This document shows positions 22,320 to 34,708 of a stretch of DNA of 64,000 nucleotides, piece after piece. The notes beneath the pieces are model-generated. The model did not search any database. It was not told the DNA's origin and saw only the letters and a program-made list of their open reading frames with translations. Made by a program: the position numbers and the translations under genes. The stretch is from contig JBHGNT010000004.1 of assembly GCA_043228905.1 (NCBI GenBank), forward strand, positions 14,260,001-14,324,000, written 5' to 3'. Source of the DNA: Azolla caroliniana. Its lineage: Eukaryota > Plantae > Polypodiophyta. Every line of letters starts with the position of its first letter. Within the stretch, counting starts at the first letter, position 1.

Positions 22320-25300
22320 ATGTCTAGATCAACGCATGACCTGGTTACAGATCGAACTCGAAGCCTTGCCGAAAGGCAAAGGAGACGCGAGGCTTTCTAG
22401 CAAGCGGCGCAGGAAATTAGAGCGGATCGCTCGTTTTCCAACGTAATCCGGAGAGTAGCAGAGGACTCCCTCTGGTTACAGCAAACATCGCACCCGGACG
22501 ACGGCAACAGCCTAAGCAGCCTCCGGGAAACCGAATCCCTTCTCCACGTGTTGGCAAACGGAGAAGGAGAAGCAAAAGCCTTTTTAGCATATGAATCGGA
22601 CTCCGAAGGGGAATACAACGTGCACACGAACTACCGTAGCAGCAACGAAACCCCGGGTGGACCGGAGGATGAAGGATAGGATACCTTACCGACACCGGAA
22701 CTAGAAGTGCTAACGTTGGAACCCCCGGAACCAGCAGAGCAAGAGCGACCTCCAACACCAGAAGTCGAAGAGGAGAGGCCTCCATCACCAAAAGAAGAGG
22801 AAAAACCACCGACGCCGGAAACAAATCGGGAAAGACCACCGACGCCGCAGAAAATTCCAGAACATGCACCAACACTGGCAGCCCACGCACCGATACCAGA
22901 CGACGACATGCCGTTCCAGTACTCCAAGTATAGAGATGATCCGGACGCGGAAGCTCATGTGCACGCCTTTGAACAGACATGGGAAGCCAACCATGTATCC
23001 CAGCGATTGACCCCGGATGAAGAAGAACGCTCTAAGATAGAGGAATTTGGCGTCACATTGGAGGTACCGGCAACAAGATGGCGCCGGACGTAGGACCCGT
23101 CTACCATCAACACCTTTGCAGATTTAAAAGCTAAATTCTTGCATTTTTTCCAAAAGGAGGTGGACCAGACCGTAATGGTAGGCTTATTTTATACCATCCG
23201 ACAGGAGGCAGGGGAGAGCATTCCCCAATTTGTCATCCGGTTTCAACGGATGCATAGTCAGCTTGCCCGCGCACCCCCGGAGGAGGAATTACAGACTATA
23301 TTCCTAAACGCGCTCCGGGAACCCCTATGCACGGTTTGCACGGTAATTGACTTCCGCACAAGTACCATCGACCAGGTCATTGACCGGGTGAGAGAGATGG
23401 AAAAGACAAGCTCCTGGCTCACACTGGGAGCACTCCAACGGGCGTTACCATCCGATGAAGACCTCCGGTTTCGGCAAGCAATACAGTGCACAACCTTCTT
23501 GAATTCCGGACACTCGGCTCTAGAATGCACTATGAGGACGCAATGTGTAATCTGTCAATCCAAGAGCCATATGACGGATAGGTGCGAGTATAATCTGTTG
23601 AACCAGCAAGCACCGCCCGTCCGACAAATTGAGCCACGTAGCAGCCGGGATGAAGAAGACGAACGCTGGCGGCAAATGGACCGTGACCGACCGGCACAGG
23701 ATGTCCGGTATGGCGATCGACGGGAGAATGATGTCCGGTACGGTGATCGGCGGGATAACTATGACCGGCATGATCGGTACCGGGATTACAATAGACGATA
23801 CGAACATTACGACCGGGAGCACTCCCCCGGGTATCGTCAGCAACGGGAGGAATACGGCAGATATAACGAGCAACCCCGTCAAGAGTACCGCAATAAGAAG
23901 AGCTATAACAAAAAATGGCATTTTAAAAAAGGCGGCTACCCCCGGGATCCGGAACAAGGAGCTCCAAGCAGCCAACCGGTCCAAAACCCCGCGCGTACCA
24001 CAGGACCTGCCCCGGGTACAACAGACAATGCCGAATCTAGCAATACTCGGAAAGCCTACTGCTACTACTGCAGACAGGAAGGCCATTATAGTAACCAATG
24101 TCCGGTGAAGAGCTATGAAAAACGACCGGCGGTAAATATGGTAGTCCCTGAGGTGGCAGATCTGCAGCAGGTGACCACAAGGTCGAAAGGCATGGCCAAG
24201 GAATGGGAGGCGCAGGAGACCATCCGGAAACAAGCAATGGAATGGGTAAAGAAAGCAAACGAGCAGAATGTCACGGACTTATAGCGGCAAAAGGAGAACA
24301 CCGTAGGGCTTGCCGGCAATAGTCACTCCGAGAATGATACATGGCAGGCGTTGCAAGAATGCCAGATTACGTTGCCACTAGGAAGACTCCTACAACTCGT
24401 GCCAAGATTCACGGAAGGACTGAAGACGGCTATGACGGCAGGAGAATCATCATCGGCACCAGTACTCTTCTCGAATCCGAAGGAGGGACCAACGGTGGTG
24501 GACACCAGCAGTCTGGTAATCACTGCCATTGTAAAAGGGAAAGAACTCCCCGACACAGTTATAGACAGAGGCTCTGGGGTGAATGTAATAAGCCTCCGGA
24601 CGTGTGATGACCTAGGAATCCACGAGTGGGAGCCGTGTCTGTTCTGGTTGCGGATGGCCGATACAAGCTCAGTGCGGCCGACAGGATTAATACGGAAATT
24701 AGAAGTCACCGTCGGCGGTCATACATTTCACATCTCGGCAGTAGTGCTACAGTTACAGGCACAAGGTGCATATCCACTATTGCTGGGGCGGCCATGGTTG
24801 AAAACGACACATATCAAACAGAATTGGAGAAAAAATATAATTACCTTCCGGCGAGGAAAAGCCAAGGTACGGGTACCAACACAGCCAAGGACGAGCACTG
24901 GCAAGGAATGTACACTGTTGTATGCGGAATGCGTCAACATGCTAGACGGGTTAGCTGACGAAGAAGAAGCTTAGTACTTGCAGGAAAACCCGAAGATCAT
25001 ACCCCTCTTCGAAATTGACATTGCCGAAGCAGTAGCACCATACTTACCGCAACCGGAAGAGGCTGAAGCAGAACCGGATAAAGACGCAATCCGGGAGTTA
25101 CGGCACGCAGGAAGCGTTGGAACGGGAAATGGCCGTTTCACAGCGCGTAAAAGCGTCGCAACTGGAATAGGTGAACCTAGGGACCACGGACGAAGCAAAA
25201 CCGGTGCACATCGCCAAGGAGATGAAGTCCGAAGACAAAACGACGATGATCACACTTCTCACGGAATTTCGCGATGCGTTCGCCTGGTCATACGAAGACA

Positions 25301-26431
25301 TGCGAGGACTCGACCCTCAGTTATACCAGCATCAGGCGCACTTGAGCAAGGACGCAAAACCAGTGGCACAAAGACGGTACCGGATGAATCCCAATTATGC
25401 CGCCAAAGTCAAGGAGGAAATCGACAAACTGCTAAGAATTGGCTTTATTCGTCCGGTAAAGAAAGCGACATGGCTGAGCCCGATCGTAGTCGTACCGAAG
25501 AAGAACGGAAAAATTCGAGTTTGTGTGGACTACCGGAAACTCAATGCAGCTACGGTAACGGATGCGTTTCCACTTCCGTTCACAGATGGAGTGTTGGATG
25601 CCGTCGCTGGCCATGAGGTCTATAGCTTCCTAGACGGATTCAGCGGGTATAATCAAATCTGGATGCACCCCGACCAAGAGAAAACGGCTTTCGTCAACGA
25701 ATGGGGAATGTTTGTGGCTGTGGTGCTGATGTTCGGACTCAAAACGGCACCGGCAACATTTCAACGAATCATCATGGAAATCTTTGGTGAATATATTCCA
25801 GCTTTTATGCAGGTTTTCCTTGACGATTTCGCCATCTATAGCCGGGAGGAGGACCATTTTCAGCACCTCCGCCTTTGTCTTGAAAAGTGTAGAGCGTACC
25901 GGCTAAGCTTGAATCCGGCAAAGTGTGTATTTGGTGTATACAGTGGAATGCTATTAGGACATATTGTGAGCCAGGAAGGTATTGCAGTCGACCTAGACAA
26001 AGTGAAAGCCATATTGGAAGCACCGGCGCCGGCAACAGCAAAGGCATTAAGCCGGTTCTTAGGCCAGATCCGGTGGCACAACCGGATGCTCCGATACTTG
26101 GCCGACCTGGCTACATCGTTGCATGCCTCCGTACATCGGACACCATTCCAGTGGACCGACACCGAGGATAGGGCGTATAGGGCACCGGTAGTGCAGCCTC
26201 CGGATTGGAGTAAAGAATTTCACGTGTTCGTGGACGCCTCCGACATCGCAATCGGAAGCGTACTGATGCAACTTACGGAGCCAAAGTGGTACCGGCCAGT
26301 GTACTATGCCAGCCGAAAGCTATCCCAAGCAGAACGGAACTACTCTACCACAGAATGGGAAGCTCTAGGGATGATCTACAGTGTGACAAAGTTTCGGCAT
26401 TATTTATTGGGAAGGAAGTTTTCCTTCCATG
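22320..26431 (+). pseudogene. gag-PR-RT-RH of A2 (stops, frameshift), cut by A3
   Basis: CCHC knuckles, VIDRGSGVN, CVDYRKLN, FLDDF, FHVFVDASD. Confidence 0.92.
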
Positions 26432-26820
26432 TGTTGACCGGTCAGAAGAGCAAGGACAAGTGGGAAGGCGGAGTCAGATCGGATAATAGGAAGTAAATAA
26501 TAGTATAATTATTATTCGGAGGGACGGATCCGGTACAGTTGTACCGATCCGGATCTGGACCGATTCGGATGCCGGTTGCCTAAGCGCACCGATTGTAACC
26601 TTGCCGGATGCCTATAAAAGGATCCGATGATTTGTAAAGGCTTTACGGAAGTAATACAAAAGTAATTATTGCGTGTTTATCTTTATCGTTGTATTGTTTT
26701 ACCGTCTGTGCTTAGGGTAATCATCTTACGCGTGTAACCTAGCATCCAATCCTTACCACCCCTTTGGAGAAGTGTCGGATAGACACCTGTGTTGAGGCTA
26801 GTCCGGCTAGGCAGACAACA
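26432..26820 (+). repeat. 5' LTR of A3
   Basis: TGTTG...CAACA, TATAAAA, followed by PBS. Confidence 0.95.
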
Positions 26821-26872
26821 CTATTTTGGCGACCACGATTCCTGCAAAGTGCAGAGGACAACCGGGGGATGG

Positions 26873-29800
26873 ATGTCTAGACCAAACGACGATCACATCA
26901 CCGAATGAGGGAGACGATACACCGAACGAGAGCAACGACGGGAAGCCCTGCAGCAAGCCGTCGACGAGATCCGGCGAGATCGGTCATTCTCCAGAACTCT
27001 TCGGAGAGTCGCAGAAGAAGCACTGCAGTTCTGGGTTCTGCAAGTCCCCGACAAAGGCAGTAGCATAACAAGCCTGCAAGAGGCGGAAACGATACTACAG
27101 ACGCTCGCCGGGGGCGACGGGGACTCGGAAGCATTCGCAACACTTGAGGCGGAATCGGAAAGCGACGGAAGCGTTGCGTCCCGGTATAAAAGCAGCCACG
27201 ACACACCAAACGACCCGGGGGAAGAGGGGTCGGAAGACTCAGTAACACCGGAGCCAGAGGACGAAATAACCTTGGAGTTCGGTGATCGGCAATCGCCGAG
27301 GGAGGCTGACCGGATACCGACAACACCCGCGAAGGAACCGAAGGAGCGGATACCGACAACACCCGCGGAGGAACCAAAGGACCGGACACCGGCAACACCC
27401 GCGAAGGAACTGAAGGAGCGGATACCGGCACCAACGCCAACAGCGGACAGAGAGTGGAGAAAGCAGGAGAGTCAGTTGGACGACACGATGCCGTACCCAT
27501 ACCCAAAGTACCGGGATGAGCCCGACGCTGAGGCACACGTGTACGCATTCCTCCAAACATGGGAAGCCAACCATGTCTCCCAAAGACTGACGGAGCCCGA
27601 AGCCGAACGATCCAAAGTCGCCGAATTCGGCATGACCTTAGAAGGATCGGCGGCCCGATGGCACGCAAAGCACTTACCGGGCAGCTTTGCCACATTCGAT
27701 GCTTTGAAGGCCAAATTCCTCAGGCTTTTTCACAGACAAGTTGAGCAAAGGGAATTGGTCGGGCAGTTCTACACCACCCGGCAGGAAGAGAACGAGACTG
27801 TGCCACAATTCATCATTCGGTTTCAGACCCTGCACAGCCAACTGACGAGAGCACCACCCGAAGACGAAGCCAAAGCAGTCTTTTTGGCCGCGCTGAAAGA
27901 GCCACTTCGAACAATGTGCAGAGTCCTTGATTTCCGCACCAGCACAATGGACCAAGTTATTGATCGAGTCTTAGAAATGGACAAGACTAGCTCCTTGTCG
28001 ATGGGGATGTTACATCGGGCACTCCCGAAGGAGGAAGACCTGAGGTTCCGACAGGCCTTACAATGCACAACATGCCTAAATTCGGGCCACTCAACGGTAG
28101 ACTGCACCCTGCGGACACAATGTATGATCTGCAACTCTCGAGCCCATACAATGGACCGATGCGAATATAACCTGTTAAATCGGCAGGCAACACCGGTTCG
28201 ACACATAGAACCGCGCAATCAGAACCCGGATGAGGATCGATTCCGGAGAGACGACCGCTACCAACGTGAACGCGGTAACAGATACGCTGATAGAAGACGC
28301 GATAACTATGACCGAGAGGAGAAATGCAGATATAGCTACCCCCGGGACTGGTACGACCGAGACGAATCCCCGTAATACGAACGACGCAGAGAAGAGAGGC
28401 GACAAGGGAACCAAAATTACCGACGGAATCAGAAGCGTGGATTTTTCCGAAGAGGAACATCGGGAAGCAGCAAGGAATGATAACCCGGTATCGGTGCCGG
28501 AGAACCGAAAAACCGAAGACGACCGCCGAAGTATACCCACCCTCCAAACCGGGGACAAAGGAGAAACGAGTAACAGTCACAAGGTGTACTGTTATTACTG
28601 TCGTAAGGAGGGCCATTATAGTAACCAATGCCCAAGCAAAACCAATGACAAGCAGCCGGCAATCAACATGGTTACAGCCGAAATAACAGAAGTACAACAG
28701 GTCACAACCCGGTCAAAGGGAAAGACCGCCGACTGGGAAGCCCAGGAGGCAATCAGAAAACAAGCGGCGCAATGGATCAAGGAGGCCAATGAACAAAATG
28801 CGGCAGAAGTAAGAGACCAAAATATGCCAAAAGACGAAGAAATCATACAGCCAGGAGAAAACCCGACGTGGCAAGCGCTACAGGACTGTCAAATCGTGCT
28901 GCCGTTAGCACGGCTACTACAGTTGGTGCCACGGTTTACGACAGACTTACAAGCATCCGTGAGCAAACCGAAGCCGACGCCAGCACCGACATTCTTCTCC
29001 AACCCGGAGGAAGGACTAGCTGTGGTCGATACAAGTAGCCCGGCGATCACGGCAATCGTGAAAGGAAAGGAAATTGCTGGAACGATTATTGACGGAGGCT
29101 CCGGGGTAAATGTCATCAGCCGACAGACATGCGACAACCTGGGCATCCGGGAATGGGAACCATGCCCCTTTTGGTTACGCATGGCGGACACCAGCTCAGT
29201 CCGACCGACCGGGCTTATCCGGGATTTGGAAGTAACGATCGGAGGCCACGTATTCCAGATATCGGCCGTGGTGCTGCAACTGAATGTACAAGGCGCGTAC
29301 CCCCTACGGCTAGGATGACCATGGCTGCGAACGACGCATATCAAGCAGAACTGGCAAAAGAACATGATCACATTCTGGCGAGGGAAAACAAAGGTACGAG
29401 TAACGACGCAACCACGGGTGATAGATCACCAGTAAGGAAGCAACTCCATTGTATGCGGAAAGCATCAACATGTTGGAGGGATTACCGGACGAGGAAGTCG
29501 ATCGGTACCTCGAGGAACACCCACGAATCGTCCCACTATTTGAGGTGGATATCACGGCGGCAGTAGAACCGTACATCACGACGCCGGACGAACCGGACCA
29601 AGCGGCGATCCGGGAACTGCGACAAGCGCAGGAATCCCTAGAGAGGGAAATGACGATATCCCGAGGGTAAAAGCATCCCAACTAGAGGAGGTGGACCTCG
29701 GCACAACAAACAAGCCCCGACCGGTAAATGTCGCAAAGGAATTGCCGAAGGAAGAAAAGAAGGCAATGGTAGCATTATTAACAGACTTCAAGGATGTGTT

Positions 29801-31212
29801 CGCGTGGTCGTACGAAGACATGCGAGGGCTGGACCCCCAGCTCTATCAGCACCAAATTCACCTAAGTACGGACGCAAAACCGATCGCTCAATGTAGGTAC
29901 CGGATGAATCCGAATTATGCGGCGAAGGTGAAGGAGGAGATTGATAAGCTCCTCCGGGTTGGATTTATCCGACCGGTCAAGCAGGCAACCTGGCTGAGTC
30001 CGATAGTGGTGGTCCCGAAAAAGAACGGCAAAATCCGGGTATGCGTGGACTATCGGAAACTAAATGCCGCAACAGTGACCGATGCGTTTCCACTACCATT
30101 TACGGACGGGGTGTTAGATGCGGTAGCCGGCCACGAAGTTTACAGCTTCCTGGATGGATTTAGCGGTTACAACCAAATACGAATGAACCCGGCCGACCAG
30201 GAGAAGACATCGTTCGTTACGGAATGGGGAGTGTTCGTCACGGTCGTGATGATGTTCGAACTAAAGACGGCCCCAGCGACCTTTCAAAGGATAATAATGG
30301 AAATTTTCGGGGAATATATCTCCGGTTTTATGCAGGTCTTCCTTGACGATTTCGCGGTCTACAGCCGACACGGAGAGCATCTCGATCACCTCCGGTTGTG
30401 CTTGGAGAAGTGCCGCGAGTACCGGTTGAGTCTGAACCCGGCCAAGTGCGTCTTTGGAGTGGCAAGCGGCAACTTACTAGGGCACGTGGTGAGTAAGGAA
30501 GGAATCACGGTAGATCCAGATAAAGTAAAGGCGATTCTCGAGGCACTAGCACCAAATAACGCAAAGGCTTTGAGCCGATTCCTGGGCCAAATAAGGTGGC
30601 ATAGCCGGATGATACGGCACCTCGCAGACTTTGCTACACCATTGCATACCGCCGTACACAGGGTACCCTTCCTATGGGCGGAGACGGAGGAGGAAGCCTA
30701 CCAAGCGTTGAAGGTTATGCTGTTGCAAGCTCCAGTGGTGCAACCGCCGGATTGGAGTAAAAGCTTTCACGTCTTCGTCAACGCGTCGGACGTAGCAATC
30801 GGCAGCGTTCTGATGCAACTCACAGAGCCGAAATGGTACCGACTGGTGTATTACGCAAGCCGGAAACTCTCAAAACCCGAACGGAACTACTCTACGACGG
30901 AACACGAGGCATTAGGAATGGTGTATAGTGTCACAAAGTACAGGCACTATATGCTCGGAAGGAAGTTTTCCTTCCATGTCGACCATTTGGCACTACTCTA
31001 CCTGGTCTCGAAGGCATCCCTGACGGGAAAAATTGCACAATGGACACTACTGTTACAGGAATTTGAATTCGACATTTTCCACCGACTCGGGGCGCAGCAT
31101 GCGGTAGCGGACTACCTAAGCAGACTCGAATCCGGAGAAGCAGGGGACGGCGTCCAGGATGAGTTCCCCGACGCCGAGTTGTTCCGGATCACGACGAAAC
31201 CGGCAACGGATG
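26873..31212 (+). pseudogene. gag-PR-RT-RH of A3, cut by A4
   Basis: ORFs 27272..28375, 28230..29318, 29691..31334 carry Gag, IIDGGSGVN, FLDDF, ADYLSR. Confidence 0.92.
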
Positions 31213-31631
31213 TGTTATTCGCTAGCCGGACAAGGCCTAACACAAGGTGTCACGGAGACACTTCACCAAAGGGTGATTATGGCATAGGATTAAGATTCAA
31301 CGATTACACCGACTTACTTAGGTTACACGATTAGAATGCTTTGGTTAATTACACGCGTAAGATATAACAGTAATTACAGAACGGAAGTCAATACAGAAGT
31401 ATAAACATCATAAGCTCTATTAATTATCCGCTGCGATTACAATGGGGTTCGGGCCTTTAAATAGGTTTCTGACCCGTAGTACAAAACGGTGCCTATCGCA
31501 CCTATTCGGGATCCGTCCGGATCTGGAACGGCATACCGTTTCCAGTCCGTCCGTCCACACTATGCTCATTTACAACCATACTTAATTAATTCCTTCACTC
31601 CGTATTTTGGACTCCTTGCCGGCCGGTAACA
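31213..31631 (-). repeat. 3' LTR of A4
   Basis: Direct repeat of 40616-41034. Confidence 0.96.
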
Positions 31632-31633
31632 CA

Positions 31634-31673
31634 TGGCACGCCCGTGGGACAGTACCTTGTATGTCGAACCCTT
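31634..31673 (-). other. tRNA 3'-half-like, CCA-ended element at the PPT position (A4)
   Basis: Minus strand AAGGGTTCGACATACAAGGTACTGTCCCACGGGCGTGCCA, then TG, then the LTR. Confidence 0.8.
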
Positions 31674-31683
31674 CTCGGCCCCT

Positions 31684-34326
31684 TCATTGTTCACCCAAAT
31701 TGTCCAAAATACTTTGTTCCAGAATTTCCACTTGTTCTTCCGGTTGTGGTTGTTGCGGCTGTGCTTGCTGTTGCTGCTGCTGTGGTTGCGGTTGGGCCTG
31801 AGGCTGCTCCGGTTGCTCTGCTTGCTGCTGCTGCTCCGTTTGTTTCGCTGACTCCGGCTGCTCCGTTTGTCTCTCTGACTCCGGCTTCTCCGTTTGACTG
31901 CTTCCGGTCCGGTCTCCTTCCAGTAACGGTTCCTCATCACTGAGGTTGACCGTAACCGGTTCTCGTGCTTTCTCTTCCCGGATCCGGGACCTCTCGTAGC
32001 TTTCAAACTGGATCTGCGCCTCCAGCCTGTCGTCGTCCAGCTGAGCTACAAGTTGCCGGACTTGCCCTAGCTGGTCGTCTGCCAAAGCTTGAAAGTCCTC
32101 GGCCAGCTCATCTCTTATGCCGGTGAAGTCTTCGGAAGTCATCATATAGCAATCATCTCCCTCCTTCCGCCGGTTCTCTACATCGGCCCGGAGCAATTGG
32201 AGTTCCGCCGCGTTCGTGGCCCACTTGGTCCACCATTTGACGGAACCGTTGTCAATCAAGTTCTTGGTCTGGTTCAACCAGGCCCGCATGATATCCTGGA
32301 TACGACTTGCTCCCATTTGCGCTCTACTTTCCACAACTTGTCGTTCCTCCTTCAACTGCTTGATGAGATTAGCCGTATCCTCCGCCTGCTCTCTGTAGCG
32401 CGTCAGCTGCCCTTGATATGTTGTTTGCAGCCTCTGCAGTACCTCCGCCGCTCTTTCTTTTTCCGCCTGCTGTTGCCTGAGGAGCTCTGTCCGAACCTTC
32501 TCCGCCTCTTCCAACCGTCTTCTGGTTTCCGCTTGTTCCTTAGCGTATGCCATTGCGGTCCGATCAACTGCTTGCCGGAGCTCATCTGTCCGTTCCTTGT
32601 GCTCCGTTTGCAACCGTTTATACTCCCGGTGCAAGTGCTCAAATTCCTCCGTTTTTTGTTTGAGCTTGCCGTTGATCTGGCGCTGGTTCCGGTCCTCCCG
32701 GTCCTTTACTTGCCGGAGTTCCTCTTTCAGGCGCTCTACTTCTGTTTCGGCGTTCCTCCGGAGCCTGTCCTTCTCTTGCAGCATTTTCTCCTTCTCCTCC
32801 TTGAGCCGGTCGTACGCTTGGTGGCCTTTCCGTAAGCTCTCCTCAGCCCGGCGTAGATTCTCAGTAGTCTTTTTGAGTTCTGCCTCCGCTGCCGTCTTCA
32901 ATTCTCTTTCGCGGCTCCTCAGCGCTTCTTGGGCAGCTAGCTCATCCTTTAAATCCGCAAGCTCTTGGGCTTGTGCCGCATTTTTCTCCGGAACGGTTTC
33001 CGTTGCCGGGGTCTGATTGCTATGTACAGGTTGATCTGACGCCTTATTCTGTACATTGCCCGGAGTCACCGGTGCTTGGACTTGTGTTGTCAAAGCGAAT
33101 TGAGCCATTTCCCTTGTGACCCTGTCCAAGTCTTGTTCAAGGCTCCGGATTCTGGACCGGGCCGTCTCCAGATCTACGGTTGTGACGAGCAACCGTTCGT
33201 GGTGCGCTCTCTCCTCCGCCTCCATGTACTCGACCACTCCGGCGATTTGCTCGCCAACCCACTGTAGCCACATGCTACTGGTGCCTTGCTGCTATACTGG
33301 TCCTACTCCTTGGCCGCCGTGTGTCCTGGCTGGGCTCGCCGGCTGTTGAGTTCCGGTTCTCGCCGTCTCCGGAGCCGTTGGAATGACTTCTGGTATAGAA
33401 GTCGACAAGGCCGGTTCTACACGCACCGGTTCCGGTTCCTCCCTTGCGGTTTGCTCAGGTTGAGTTGGGGGCGTTTCTTCCTTCTGCGGGTCCGAACGCT
33501 CCCCCGCCGTCCCGGCGGTCCTACTTCTTGACCGTTGTTGGAGGTGCTCTTCTGGCTCCTCCGTTTCCTCTTCCTGGGTAACGGCATGTTTCCGTGCCGT
33601 CAAGGGTTCCGGTTCCTTCTGTCCCGGTCGCCGTATGGTTATCTTAATGGGTCCCACCGGTGACACCTCCTCCGGTTCTGGGAGCCGTTTCTTCCCTTTC
33701 GTCGCCTTCGACGCCAGCAGCTATTGTCGTTTGGACGCGGGTTTGGAAGTGCTTCCTTCCGATAATCTTGGCCGCTTCTTTGGCTGAACGGTCTCGACCG
33801 GCGGCACGAGCAATGTTATCCACTGCGCTACGGCATGCCACAGCTTCCAGCCCTCCTTGCCGTCCTTTCCTCGTACCATGTCGATTGCTGCGCACAAACC
33901 GTCTGCAATCAACACCGGCCAGTCCACCTGGATCCCTTCATAGGTGGCTATGATCATCCCTGCCCGATTTTTTGGCATGACAGGGGGTCGGGGGTACACG
34001 TGGCCGTACTCATGGAGCACTCGAGCTATCTCCGTGAACAACGGATCTTCGCCGCCCTGCGTTCGATAGCCTTTGTCGGCTACAGAGTATTCATCGAAAT
34101 ATCGGGTGAGTTGCTCCGAGGTTGGATTATCAATCTGAAAAATACCTCCCTCCGGAAGGCCTGTTAGCGCACGGATCGCTTCCTCGGTGATGACTTCTTT
34201 GTCGAGCTCTTTGATGACCTGGTTGGCTTCTTTGTGCGGTGGTGCCTCCATGATGGTCAAGAACCCGTCCAGTCCGTGTTGCCTGAACCATTTCCTGGCC
34301 GCTTCTGACAGCGTTTGTGGTTCCAT
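31684..34326 (-). pseudogene. Extra 3' ORF of A4 (about 880 codons, a few stops)
   Basis: ORFs 33721..34623, 33292..33666, 31684..33273; MEPQTLSEAARKW...ATYEGIQVDW, WLQWVGEQIAGV, coiled coil. Confidence 0.85.
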
Positions 34327-34708
34327 GTCTGCTTCGAGGTCGAGGAAAGATGGCGAGGTAGAGTGGTGATGAGAGTGAGAGCGAGAGAGAGAGCGTTCTG
34401 AACGCGGGGGTTCTCTGAGTGCAGGTTCGCGTTTGCTGAGCTTCCACTGCCTTGGTGCTTCTGTGCTTCTTGGCTCGCGAAAAAAGGTCTCCATGCGCTC
34501 TTCTTTTTCTCTGTGCGTCTTGGCGCCTTTTTCGAGCATGCGCACGTCGTGTACCGATTTAGTATTAAGTAACGTGGCGGCTCTTAAATGCCCACTACGT
34601 ACCTTTTCGCTCCTTGCTTTCACACCCGTTCATACCTCGATTTTTAATGATTTCTTTTCTTTTCTTTTATTTATTTATTTTTTATTTTTTTAATGACGGT
34701 ATGTGATC

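Noticed and set aside
31632-31650. TGGCACGCCC as the true minus-strand PBS of an oppositely oriented element
   Set aside because: gag-pol, the LTR orientation and the Arg PBS at the other LTR all define the orientation; the site is at the PPT position
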